From an uncultured Verrucomicrobiae bacterium (lineage in GTDB: Bacteria > Verrucomicrobiota > Verrucomicrobiia > Limisphaerales > Palsa-1400), in assembly GCA_963707025.1 (NCBI GenBank), contig CAVPOM010000012.1, positions 192,001 through 256,000 of the forward strand: 64,000 nucleotides of DNA, written 5' to 3'. The notes under the pieces are model-generated. The model did no database searches, had not been told where the DNA came from, and saw nothing but the letters and a program-made list of their open reading frames with translations. This document shows positions 17,771 through 27,735 of the stretch, in pieces. Position 1 is the first letter of the stretch. Each line of letters begins with the position of its first letter. The position numbers and the translations under genes were made by a program.

Positions 17771-18154
17771 CTAATCCGCCGGGTAAAAGGTGGGATATTT
17801 CTCGCGAGGGTCAATCCAAGTGCCGGTGCGAAACTGGCCGCACGGATGCTGCCAAACCTGCCGCCTCCGGTTCCAATGAAAGCCAAGCTGCGACAACTGC
17901 GCCGTCACGTTGCGCGGCTGCTTCTGGTGAAACTCAACCCAAACCCACTTGCCGACAACCTGGCACAATTCCCAAAAGCGCGGGGTTTCGTGGTAGAGCA
18001 AGTCAATGACTTGTGCCGTGGAAAGTCCCCGGTTCTGGAAACGGAGTCGGAAATCAATCTGATGCAGTGGTGCTGAATCCGCAGATTTTGAAACCGACGA
18101 TGGCCGAACATTCGCCGGTGCTGACGCTTCAATTTTTGAATATGTTGTTTTCAT
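17771..18154 (-). CDS. Hypothetical island protein
   Basis: Globular ORF with VVGKWVWVEF..LSQLGFHWNRRRQVWQHPCG. Confidence 0.75.
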   Translation of the reverse strand: MKTTYSKIEASAPANVRPSSVSKSADSAPLHQIDFRLRFQNRGLSTAQVIDLLYHETPRFWELCQVVGKWVWVEFHQKQPRNVTAQLSQLGFHWNRRRQVWQHPCGQFRTGTWIDPREKYPTFYPAD

Positions 18155-18558
18155 AGCTTTTTTTTTGAACCGCTGTCCGTCACCCTGCCGTTTGCTGCTC
18201 GCTTCACCTGAATGGGAGACAGCGAAGCCGTGCGCGAAGTGCATTGAAAACCCAGCGAAAGCAAAAGCCGTGACAGAGGCGAAAGGGCAAAAGGGAGACG
18301 CTGGCACGGTTTTTGAACTCGCTCCTGGACCCGGCTCGGTGTCGGACAAGCGAGCAGCAAACGGTGGGGTGACGGCGTGCGTAAAAAAGGCGCAGAAAAC
18401 AACCTGATAACGGGAAATATGAACGGGCATGCGGGGGTCGCGATGGTCTGACTTCTGATGGCCGGGAGAGACGGGGGCCGTCGCCTGGTGGCTGGCGGGC
18501 AGGCGTAAGGCCAGCGGCTTGCCCGGACGGCAGAGGTCAGACTGAAATTGGGGGTGCT

Positions 18559-18828
18559 GTGAGTGCGGAAAGTTTCGGGAAGTCACTGATGCGCGGCCAG
18601 CCGGCTGATGGGACTTTGCGAAAGTTTCCGCTCACACACCGCCAGGGGAATGCCTGTCTTCGACAGTTTGAGACGGTGGAACGGAGAGAAATGGAAGCGC
18701 GGGCCAGTGGAGAGGTTCACTGGCTGGCGCTGGAACGGAGCGGAGTGGAACCGGCTCTAATTGGCGAAGTCAGGCCCCAAAGCGAGCCGATGTGTCGTTG
18801 AAAGCTGCTTTCGGCGAACTCATCGGCG
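18559..18828 (+). repeat. Structured ~265-bp repeat, copy A
   Basis: Diverged direct repeat of 26886-27149 with conserved hairpins. Confidence 0.85.
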
Positions 18829-18906
18829 TTGTTGAAGGCCATATCCTCTGTAAGTAAAAATGGGCAAATGCTGGGACATGTTTCCGAGATGTTTCCGAAC
18901 AGCTTT

Positions 18907-21900
18907 TTATGGCGCGATCAAGGAGTAATATTGATTTCCAGCGCCGGCGTTGTTTGTGATCGTGTTGTTGGTTCCGACAATGCTGATGCCGGTGGTCACC
19001 TGCGTCCAAGTGATCGGCAAAGTCAGGCTGGCGGTCTTGTTCAACACGAAGGCGCTGGCATTGGCCGGCCAGGATACGATGACGTTCGTCAGGCTGGTCA
19101 CGATGGTCAATGAGGGCGCCGTGATGTTGGCGGCCAGGCCCGCCGGTTGGGTCAGGGTGTAATCGGCGTTGCTGGCCCCGGCCAACGTCAGGCCGCTGAC
19201 GGTCACGGCAATGCCGCTGCCCACTCCGGCGCTGGCAAAATTGGCCACGTAACCGTTGGTGTCGAGGGTCAGCGTGTCGCCGCTGACAATGCCTGAGAGA
19301 ACCACAGAGTTGGAAGCCAGCGTCGCAGCCGTAGTGCGGTCATACACTTTGCTGTTGGCGGTAATGCCGGAACTGATGGTCACGGTCGCCGCCGTGATGT
19401 TGGCGGCCAGGCCCGCCGGTTGGGTCAGGGTGTAATCGGCATTGCTGGCCCCGGCCAGCGTCAGGCCGCTGACGGTCACGGCAATGCCGCTGCCCACTCC
19501 GGCGCCGGCAAAATTGGCCACGTAACCGTTGGTGTCGAGGGTCAGCGTGTCGCCGCTGACAATGCCTGAGAGAAGCACAGAGTTGGAACTGAGCGTCGCG
19601 GTGGTGGTGCGGTCATACACTTTGTTGTTGGCCGTGATGCCGGAACTGATGGTCACGGTTGCCGCCGTGATGCTGGCCGTCAGGCCCGCCGGTTGGGTCA
19701 GGGTGTAATCGGCGTTGCTGGCCCCGGCCAGCGTCAGGCCGCTGACGGTCACGGCTATGCTGTTGCCCACTCCGGCGCTGGCGAAATTGGCAGCGTAGCC
19801 GTTGGTATCGAGGGCCAGCGTGTCGCCGCTGACAATGCCTGAGAGAACCACAGAGTTGGAACTCAGCGTCGCGGCGGTGGTGCGGTCATACACTTTGTTG
19901 TTGGCGGTGATGCCGGAACTGATGGTCACGGTCGCCGCCGTGATGTTGGCGGCCAGGGTGGCCGGTTGGGTGAGGGTGTAATCGGCATTGCTGGCCCCGG
20001 TCAGCGTCAGGCCGCTGACGGTCACGGCAATGCCGTTGCCCACTTCCGCGCTGGCGAAATTGGCAGCGTAGCCGTTGGTATTGAGGGTCAGCGTGTCGCC
20101 GCTGACAATGCCTGAGAGAACCACAGAGTTGGAACTCAGCGTGGCGCTGGTGGTTCGGTCATACACTTTGTTGTTGGCGGTGATGCCGGAACTGATGGTC
20201 ACGGTCGCCGCCGTGATGTTGGCGCCCAGGGTGGCCGGTTGGGTGAGGGTGTAATCGGCGTTGCTGGCCCCGGCCAGCGTCAGGCCGGTGACGGTCACGG
20301 CAATGCCGCTGCCCACTCCGGCGCTGGCGAAATTGGCAGCGTAGCCGTTGGTGTTGAGAGTCAGCGTGTCGCCGCTGACAATGCCTGAGAGAACCACAGA
20401 GTTGGAAGCCAGCGTCGCAGCCGTAGTGCGGTCATACACTTTGCTGTTGGCGGTAATGCCGGAACTGATGGTCACGGTCGCCGCCGTGATGTTGGCGGCC
20501 AGGCCCGCCGGTTGGGTCAGGGTGTAATCGGCATTGCTGGCCCCGGCCAGCGTCAGGCCGCTGACGGTCACGGCAATGCTGTTGCCCACTCCGGCGCTGG
20601 CGAAATTGGCAGCGTAGCCGTTGGTATTGAGGGCCAGCGTGTCGCCGCTGACAATGCCGGAGAGAACCACAGAGTTGGAACTCAGCGTCGCGCTGGTGGT
20701 GCGGTCATATACCTTGCTGTTGGCTGTGATACCGGAACTGATGGTCACGGTCGCCGCCGTGATGTTGGCCGTCAGGCCCGCCGGTTGGGTCAGGGTGTAA
20801 TCGGCGTTGCTGGCCCCGGCCAACGTCAGGCCGCTGACGGTCACGGCAATGCTGTTGCCCACTCCGGCGCTGGCGAAATTGGCAGCGTAGCCGTTGGTAT
20901 TGAGGGCCAGCGTGTCGCCGCTGACAATGCCGGAGAGAACCACAGAGTTGGAACTCAGCGTCGCGCTGGTGGTGCGGTCATATACCTTGCTGTTGGCTGT
21001 GATACCGGAACTGATGGTCACGGTCGCCGCCGTGATGCTGGCCGTCAGGCCCGCCGGTTGGGTCAGGGTGTAATCGGCATTGCTGGCCCCGGCCAACGTC
21101 AGGCCGCTGACGGTCACGGCAATGCCGTTGCCCACTTCCGCGCTGGCGAAGGTGGCGGTGTAGGCGTTGGTGTTCAGGCTCAGCGTGTCGCCGCTGACGA
21201 TGCCTAAGAGAACCACGCTGTTGGAACCGAGCGTGGCGGTCGTCGTCCGGTCATATACCTTGCTGTTGGCTGTGATACCGGAACTGATGGTCACGGCCGC
21301 CGCCGTGATGTTGGCCGTCAGGCCCGCCGGTTGGGTGAGGGTGTAATCGGCGTTGCTGGCCCCGGCCAAGGTCAGGCCGCTAACGGTCACGGCAATGCTG
21401 TTGCCCACTCCGGCACTGGCGAAATTGGCAGCGTAGCCGTTGGTATTGAGGGCCAGCGTGTCGCCGCTGACAATGCCGGAGAGAACCACAGAGTTGGAAC
21501 TCAGCGTCGCGCTGGTGGTGCGGTCATATACCTTGTTGTTGGCTGTGATACCGGAACTGATGGTCACGGTCGCCGCCGTGATGTTGGCCGTCAGGCCCGC
21601 CGGTTGGGTCAGGGTGTAATCGGCGTTGCTGGCCCCGGTCAAGGTCAGGCCACTGACGGTCACGGCAATGCTGTTGCCCACTCCGGCGCTGGCGAAATTG
21701 GCAGCGTAGCCGTTGGTGTTGAGAGTCAGCGTGTCGCCGCTGACGATGCCTAAGAGAACCACGCTGTTGGAACTGAGCGTGGCGGTCGTCGTCCGGTCAT
21801 ATACCTTGCTGTTGGCTGTGATACCGGAACTGATGGTCACGGCCGCCGCCGTGATGTTGGCCGTCAGGCCCGCCGGTTGGGTGAGGGTGTAATCGGCGTT

Positions 21901-24900
21901 GCTGGCCCCGGCCAAGGTCAGGCCGCTAACGGTCACGGCAATGCTGTTGCCCACTCCGGCGCTGGCGAAATTGGCAGCGTAGCCGTTGGTATTGAGGGCC
22001 AGCGTGTCGCCGCTGACAATGCCGGAGAGAACCACAGAGTTGGAACTCAGCGTCGCGCTGGTGGTGCGGTCATATACCTTGTTGTTGGCTGTGATACCGG
22101 AACTGATGGTCACGGCCGCCGCCGTGATGCTGGCCGTCAGGCCCGCCGGTTGGGTCAGGGTGTAATCGGCGTTGCTGGCCCCGGCCAACGTCAGGCCGCT
22201 GACGGTCACGGCAATGCCGTTGCCCACTTCCGCGCTGGCGAAGGTGGCGGTGTAGGCGTTGGTGTTCAGGCTCAGCGTGTCGCCGCTGACGATGCCTAAG
22301 AGAACCACGCTGTTGGAACTGAGCGTGGCGGTCGTCGTCCGGTCATATACCTTGCTGTTGGCTGTGATACCGGAACTGATGGTCACGGCCGCCGCCGTGA
22401 TGTTGGCCGTCAGGCCCGCCGGTTGGGTCAGGGTGTAGTTGGTGGCCCTGGCCCCGGCCAGCGTCAGGCCGCTGACGGTCACGGCAATGCTGTTGCCCAC
22501 TCCGGCGATGGCGAAGTTGGCGACGTAACCGTTGGTGTTCAGGCTCACGGTATCGCCGTTGAAAACGGTTGAGAGCGCCACATTATTGGAATTGAGCGTC
22601 GCCATCGTCGTCCGGTCGTACACCTTGTTATTGACGGTGATGCCTGACGCGATGGTCAGCGGCGAGGGATTGATCGTCAGCGCGCCGTTGACAAAGGGTC
22701 CGAACGTGTAGTTGGCCGCTGCGAGCGTGCCCGATGACGGCGTCACGCTGTAGGTGCCCACCCCGCTTGTCACCGTTGCTGCCGTGCTGAAATCGGGTGC
22801 TCCGCTGACCACGCTAATCGTTTCACCGTTCACGAACCCGCTGTAGGCCGCGCTGAAATCGGGATTCGCCGCGCCGTAATCGCGCGAGGCGGGGTTGGCT
22901 GTGACGGTCAAACCGGCGCGGTTCACCGTCAGCGCGCCGTTGGTGTAAGTGATCGCATAATTGCCCGGCGTGAACGTCCCGCCCGTCGCCGCGCTTGGCA
23001 CAATGCTGTAGGGCGAGCCGCTTACTGGCGCGTTGGAAATGGCGCCATCGCTCGTCAGCGTGACCGTGCCCATTGTCTCGGAGTTCTGCAACGGGGTGGA
23101 AACAAATTCCGTCCCTGCGAAGGTGACGTTTGAGCCGTAAGTTTTGCTAAAGCTGTTTGCGGTGATGCCCAGAGGTGCCGGATTTACGGTGAGTTGGCCG
23201 TTGGCGTAGGTAATGATGTAGTTGGTCAATCCTGCGTCGCCGAGCGCATTGTTGATGGTGATCGCGTAGGGCGAACCGCTGACGGGCGCATTGGAGATGG
23301 CGCCAGTGCTGGCGAGCGAGGCGCTCGTCACGGTATCGCCGTTGACCAGGCCGCTGGTCGCGAACTCGGTACCGGCGAAGCTGAGAGTCTGGCCGTAAGT
23401 CTTGGTCTGGTTGGTCGCGGTGACACTCAACGGCGCTTGCAACACCGTAATCGGCACCTGGAACGAAGCCGGCGCGTCGCTGGGATCGGAGGGCGTAAAC
23501 GTCGCCGTCAGCAATTGGCCAGCCCCCGAATTGAGCACCGTCCCCGCCACGGGATTGTAAGCGAAGGTTCCGGCCACGCTGGGCGTCGTTGAGGGATTCA
23601 ACTGACTCGCACCCAGCGGGGTGCCGTAGGTGATGTTCGCCGGCGTGGCCCAAGTAATCTGCCCAATATTGGTGAGAACCAGGGCAGTGGGTGTGTAGTT
23701 GGTCTTCCAAATGGCACCCGAAGGCGAGGAAAAATTGGTGAATGCGCCAGAAGCTGAAGCGAAAGTCAGAACCGAAAATGAATCGCCTACTGCCGGGAGA
23801 TAACTATTGTTCAAGTGGACGCTGATTGAGCCGTCCAGCGTGGAAGGGTTATCTGAAAGATAAATCTGCCCAAAGCTGGTCAGGTTGCTGATGCCAAAAT
23901 TCAGTGTGCCACCGGTCAAAGCAAAGTCAGCATTCAGACTGATTGTTCCTGCTTCCGCATCCAAAATGCCGCTGTTATTCAGATAAACGTTGAAGCTGGT
24001 GGTGCCGCTTCCGGCGCTCTTGCTCACCGTGCCCGCGTTCTGGAACTGCGCCGAAGTACCTGAGTCGTTATATATCTGCTGGTCACATTGAATGGTCCAC
24101 AGCGCGCCCGCCTCGTTCCAAATCGCGCCCGCGTAATCGGGAATGCCGCTTATGTAGCGTATGTCCACGTCCCCTGCCTGCCAGTTGACCGTCCCCTCAT
24201 TGGTCAAAGCGCCATACAAAGTGAGAGTCCCTTCAATGTTCAACACCCCGTTGCTCGCCACCGTCAGTGACGCGCCAGGGCTGCCATTGTAAAGGTTGCC
24301 ACCGTAAAGGTTCAAGGTGCCGCCCTGAGCGATCTGGCCGGTTACGCTGGCCCCGTAAAGGTTCACTACGCCCGTGAAATCGTTCAGCAGCACGCTGGCA
24401 CCGGTTATTCGCACCAAACCCGGCCCTTGGAATTCAGGCGTAGTGCTCAGGCTCACCGTTCCTCCAGCAAAGTAGATCGCTCCGCTGGCCCCAGCCTGGA
24501 AGCTCCCACCCAAATCACTGCCGTCATTAAAGTCAATCGTGCCGTTCTGCGCCTGCACACTGCCGCTGTTGGCGAAGAAGACATTGAAGCTGGTCGTGCC
24601 GCTTCCGGCGCTCTTGCTCACCGTGCCCGCGTTCTGGAACTGCGCCGGCTGCGCCGAATCACCAGCGTACGAGTTATATATCTGCTGGTCACATTGAATG
24701 GCCCACAGCGCGCCCGCCTCGTTCCAAATCGCGCCCGCGTAGTCGGGATTGCCGCCTATATATGCTATGTCCACGTCGCCTGCCTGCCAGTTCACCGTCC
24801 CCGCATTGGTCAAAGGGCCATACAAAGTGAGAGTCCCTTCAATGTTCAACACCCCGTTGCTCGCCACCGTCAGTGACGCGCCAGGGCTGCCATTGTAAAG

Positions 24901-26508
24901 GTTGCCACCGTAAAGGTTCAAGGTGCCGCCCTGAGCGATCTGGCCGGTTACGCTGGCCCCGTAAAGGTTCACTACGCCCGTGAAATCGTTCAGCAGCACG
25001 CTGGCACCGGTTATTCGCACCAAACCCGGCCCTTGGAATTCAGGCGTAGTGCTCAGGCTCACCGTTCCGCCAGCAAAGTAGATCGCTCCGCTGGCCCCAG
25101 CCTGGAAGCTCCCACCCAAATCACTGCCGTCATTAAAGTCAATCGTGCCGTTCTGCGCCTGCACACTGCCGCTGTTGGCGAAGAAGACATTGAAGCTGGT
25201 CGTGCCGCTTCCGGCGCTCTTGCTCACCGTGCCCGCGTTCTGGAACTGCGCCGGCTGCGCCGAATCACCAGCCAACCCGTTATATATCTGCTGGTCACAT
25301 TGAATGGCCCACAGCGCGCCCGCCTCGTTCCAAATCGCGCCCGCGTAGTCGGGATTGCCGCCTATATATGCTATGTCCACGTCGCCTGCCTGCCAGTTCA
25401 CCGTCCCCGCATTGGTCAAAGGGCCATACAAAGTAACAGTCCCTTCAACGTTCAACACCGCGTTGCTCGCCACCGTCAGTGACGCGCCAGGGCTGCCATT
25501 GTAAAGGTTGCCACCGTAAAGGTTCAAGGTGCCGCCCTGAGCGATTTGACCCGATACGCTGGCCCCGTAAAGGTTCACTACGCCCGTGAAATCGTTCAGC
25601 AGCACGCTGGCACCGGTTATTCGCACCAAACCCGGCCCTTGGAATTCAGGCGTAGTGCTCAGGCTCACCGTTCCGCCAGCAAAGTAGATCGCTCCGCTGG
25701 CCCCAGCCTGGAAGCTCCCACCCAAATCACTGCCGTCATTAAAGTCAATCGTGCCGTTCTGCGCCTGCACACTGCCGCTGTTGGCGAAGAAGACATTGAA
25801 GCTGGTCGTGCCGCTTCCGGCGCTCTTGCTCACCGTGCCCGCGTTCTGGAACTGCGCCGGCTGCGCCGAATCACCAGCCAACCCGTTATATATCTGCTGG
25901 TCACATTGAATGGCCCACAGCGCGCCCGCCTGGTTCCAAATCGCGCCCGCGTAGTTGGGATTGCCGTCTATATATGCTAAGGCCACGTCGCCTGCCTGCC
26001 AGTTCACCGTCCCTGCATTGGTCAGGGGGCTGTAGATTTGAACGCCTCCTTCAATGTTCAACACCCCGTTGCTCGCTATGGTCAAGGAAGAACCCGGATT
26101 TAATTGTCCACCTGTCCAATTGAATAGGCCTTGCACACCAAGGTTGCCGCTGCCCCCAAAACTGCCGCCGCTCACACCAAAGATGCCGTTGGTCCCGATC
26201 ATGCTGGCGTTATTGAGCGTGAGGGAAAAACTGGCGTTCGTAAGGGTTTGTTCTCCGCTGGCGGCACCAAGGGTGAGGCTGTTTATCGTTGGGCTGGTAT
26301 CCAGCGTGACAAGGTAAGTGCCGTCCGCGGCAATTACAGCATCGTCGGACGAACCCGGGACCTGGTTCGGATTCCAGTTGGCGGCCAGGCTCCAGTTTCC
26401 GCCGCTGGTGTTGGTCCAGGTGATCGTAGCTGCTTGGCAGGGAATGATTAAGAAAAAAGCGGCCAAACTACAAAAATGCAAAATGCCGGGACTACTTTTT
26501 GTTTTCAT
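18907..26508 (-). CDS. Giant secreted adhesin-like protein: 202-aa beta-helix-like repeats, MBG-type domains, 13 YDG-like 91-aa repeats, C-terminal Verrucomicrobia-type domain
   Basis: Signal peptide MKTKSS..IPCQA; WSLAANWNP motif; 13 copies of KVYDRTT; 606-bp and 273-bp DNA periodicity. Confidence 0.9.
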   Translation of the reverse strand: MKTKSSPGILHFCSLAAFFLIIPCQAATITWTNTSGGNWSLAANWNPNQVPGSSDDAVIAADGTYLVTLDTSPTINSLTLGAASGEQTLTNASFSLTLNNASMIGTNGIFGVSGGSFGGSGNLGVQGLFNWTGGQLNPGSSLTIASNGVLNIEGGVQIYSPLTNAGTVNWQAGDVALAYIDGNPNYAGAIWNQAGALWAIQCDQQIYNGLAGDSAQPAQFQNAGTVSKSAGSGTTSFNVFFANSGSVQAQNGTIDFNDGSDLGGSFQAGASGAIYFAGGTVSLSTTPEFQGPGLVRITGASVLLNDFTGVVNLYGASVSGQIAQGGTLNLYGGNLYNGSPGASLTVASNAVLNVEGTVTLYGPLTNAGTVNWQAGDVDIAYIGGNPDYAGAIWNEAGALWAIQCDQQIYNGLAGDSAQPAQFQNAGTVSKSAGSGTTSFNVFFANSGSVQAQNGTIDFNDGSDLGGSFQAGASGAIYFAGGTVSLSTTPEFQGPGLVRITGASVLLNDFTGVVNLYGASVTGQIAQGGTLNLYGGNLYNGSPGASLTVASNGVLNIEGTLTLYGPLTNAGTVNWQAGDVDIAYIGGNPDYAGAIWNEAGALWAIQCDQQIYNSYAGDSAQPAQFQNAGTVSKSAGSGTTSFNVFFANSGSVQAQNGTIDFNDGSDLGGSFQAGASGAIYFAGGTVSLSTTPEFQGPGLVRITGASVLLNDFTGVVNLYGASVTGQIAQGGTLNLYGGNLYNGSPGASLTVASNGVLNIEGTLTLYGALTNEGTVNWQAGDVDIRYISGIPDYAGAIWNEAGALWTIQCDQQIYNDSGTSAQFQNAGTVSKSAGSGTTSFNVYLNNSGILDAEAGTISLNADFALTGGTLNFGISNLTSFGQIYLSDNPSTLDGSISVHLNNSYLPAVGDSFSVLTFASASGAFTNFSSPSGAIWKTNYTPTALVLTNIGQITWATPANITYGTPLGASQLNPSTTPSVAGTFAYNPVAGTVLNSGAGQLLTATFTPSDPSDAPASFQVPITVLQAPLSVTATNQTKTYGQTLSFAGTEFATSGLVNGDTVTSASLASTGAISNAPVSGSPYAITINNALGDAGLTNYIITYANGQLTVNPAPLGITANSFSKTYGSNVTFAGTEFVSTPLQNSETMGTVTLTSDGAISNAPVSGSPYSIVPSAATGGTFTPGNYAITYTNGALTVNRAGLTVTANPASRDYGAANPDFSAAYSGFVNGETISVVSGAPDFSTAATVTSGVGTYSVTPSSGTLAAANYTFGPFVNGALTINPSPLTIASGITVNNKVYDRTTMATLNSNNVALSTVFNGDTVSLNTNGYVANFAIAGVGNSIAVTVSGLTLAGARATNYTLTQPAGLTANITAAAVTISSGITANSKVYDRTTTATLSSNSVVLLGIVSGDTLSLNTNAYTATFASAEVGNGIAVTVSGLTLAGASNADYTLTQPAGLTASITAAAVTISSGITANNKVYDRTTSATLSSNSVVLSGIVSGDTLALNTNGYAANFASAGVGNSIAVTVSGLTLAGASNADYTLTQPAGLTANITAAAVTISSGITANSKVYDRTTTATLSSNSVVLLGIVSGDTLTLNTNGYAANFASAGVGNSIAVTVSGLTLTGASNADYTLTQPAGLTANITAATVTISSGITANNKVYDRTTSATLSSNSVVLSGIVSGDTLALNTNGYAANFASAGVGNSIAVTVSGLTLAGASNADYTLTQPAGLTANITAAAVTISSGITANSKVYDRTTTATLGSNSVVLLGIVSGDTLSLNTNAYTATFASAEVGNGIAVTVSGLTLAGASNADYTLTQPAGLTASITAATVTISSGITANSKVYDRTTSATLSSNSVVLSGIVSGDTLALNTNGYAANFASAGVGNSIAVTVSGLTLAGASNADYTLTQPAGLTANITAATVTISSGITANSKVYDRTTSATLSSNSVVLSGIVSGDTLALNTNGYAANFASAGVGNSIAVTVSGLTLAGASNADYTLTQPAGLAANITAATVTISSGITANSKVYDRTTAATLASNSVVLSGIVSGDTLTLNTNGYAANFASAGVGSGIAVTVTGLTLAGASNADYTLTQPATLGANITAATVTISSGITANNKVYDRTTSATLSSNSVVLSGIVSGDTLTLNTNGYAANFASAEVGNGIAVTVSGLTLTGASNADYTLTQPATLAANITAATVTISSGITANNKVYDRTTAATLSSNSVVLSGIVSGDTLALDTNGYAANFASAGVGNSIAVTVSGLTLAGASNADYTLTQPAGLTASITAATVTISSGITANNKVYDRTTTATLSSNSVLLSGIVSGDTLTLDTNGYVANFAGAGVGSGIAVTVSGLTLAGASNADYTLTQPAGLAANITAATVTISSGITANSKVYDRTTAATLASNSVVLSGIVSGDTLTLDTNGYVANFASAGVGSGIAVTVSGLTLAGASNADYTLTQPAGLAANITAPSLTIVTSLTNVIVSWPANASAFVLNKTASLTLPITWTQVTTGISIVGTNNTITNNAGAGNQYYSLIAP
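19110..22660 (-). repeat. 13 tandem 273-bp coding repeats
   Basis: Near-identical units visible in both DNA and protein; boundaries approximate. Confidence 0.9.
23990..26080 (-). repeat. About 3.5 tandem 606-bp coding repeats
   Basis: LTN.GTVNWQAGDV occurs four times with a 606-bp period; boundaries approximate. Confidence 0.9.
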
Positions 26509-26885
26509 ACAGAATGCCTGATGGTTTTCGTGCTGCCGCGTTCCGAGGAAAGGCGATGAACACCTCATCTCAGATCGAAAAACAGCCAAATTGGTTTATG
26601 GAATATCGTAATTTGTCCATCAAACGGACTTTAATGTCAACGAAGATTCAATGAATAATCAGAGCCAACGAGGAATCGGTTCAATTGGGCGACGGCGGGT
26701 GCCCGACTGCGAACTGCATTTTCTGCCTCTTGTTCTGGAGGTCAGGCTGGAAGAACTGTTTCCAAAAATGTCCCTTTCAGGAAGATTGGGCCGCATTTCC
26801 AATCCGGCGCAAGCCTCGCAGTTTTCCCAATCCATGCCGAAAATTGAGGGGGCCTTCCTTGGCTCCAGAATTTAGTTGTGACGAA

Positions 26886-27149
26886 GTGAGGGCGGCAGTT
26901 TCGGCAAAGCCCTGATGCGCGGCCTGCCGGCTGAGGGACTTGGCGAAAGCTTACGCGCTCATGGCGCCAGGGCAGCCTGTCTTCGGCGATTTGAGACGGT
27001 GGAACGCCGTGGAATGGAAGCGCGGGCCGGTGGAGCGGTTCACCGGGCGGCGCTGGAATGGAGCGGAGTGGAATCGGCTTGAATTGGCGAAGTCAGGCCC
27101 GTCCGCAGCCGATGTGTCGTTGGAAGCTGCTTCCGGCGACTCATCGGCG
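26886..27149 (+). repeat. Structured ~265-bp repeat, copy B
   Basis: Diverged direct repeat of 18559-18828. Confidence 0.85.
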
Positions 27150-27259
27150 GGCCTGGGATCGCCCCTTTTATTGGGTGCTTCCCGGCTCATTCTAATTTGC
27201 TTTCAAGATGAGTGTAACTGTGCTATCGTTTGTGGATGGCAAGACCTATTCAAATTGAT

Positions 27260-27730
27260 GTGAAACGTGTGACCCAAGCGAGGCTCACGGTGAAAGCGAC
27301 CCGAAATCTTGATGACTTTAAGTCGGCGCTGGCGATCCTACTACCGGCTCAAGCGGGACTGACTCTCGAGGAAACCGCCCGCATGTTGGGTGTCGGAACG
27401 GCGTCGGTTAATCGATTGCAAGCCCGGCTGCACGTTGGTCGCACCACCTGGTCAGAGCGACGCAATTGCCAGCCGCATGACGTGCCGGTTCTGGTCGCCA
27501 CCCGGCTGTTGAAGCCGTTGGGTAATCCGGTGCCAAGTGCTGTCAAGTACTTTTCAAGGTTGGAAATCCTGGACCTCGCGCAGGATCGTAGCTGGCTGGT
27601 GAGGGTGACGAACGCCGTCAATCAGCACTGGCAAACAAAAAATGCCCAAAGGAAAAACCGCTCTGTGAGTGGTCCACAGAACGATCCTCCCCGCCTGGTT
27701 GGAATGCCAGCGGTTTCCACCTTCGGTTGA
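27260..27730 (+). pseudogene. Probable chimeric ORF: IS630-like HTH fragment fused to the C-terminal part of an island DNA-binding protein
   Basis: AILLPAQAGLTLEETARMLGVGTASVNRLQ followed abruptly by QPHDVPVLVATRLLKPLGNP..VKYF. Confidence 0.5.
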
Positions 27731-27735
27731 CGCTC

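Noticed and set aside
18786..18827. Canonical integron attC site
   Set aside because: No RYYYAAC/GTTRRRY boxes, and the nearby integrase does not look like IntI
19110..22660. Regular repeats as a CRISPR array
   Set aside because: They are 273-bp in-frame coding repeats with no unique spacers, and there are no cas genes
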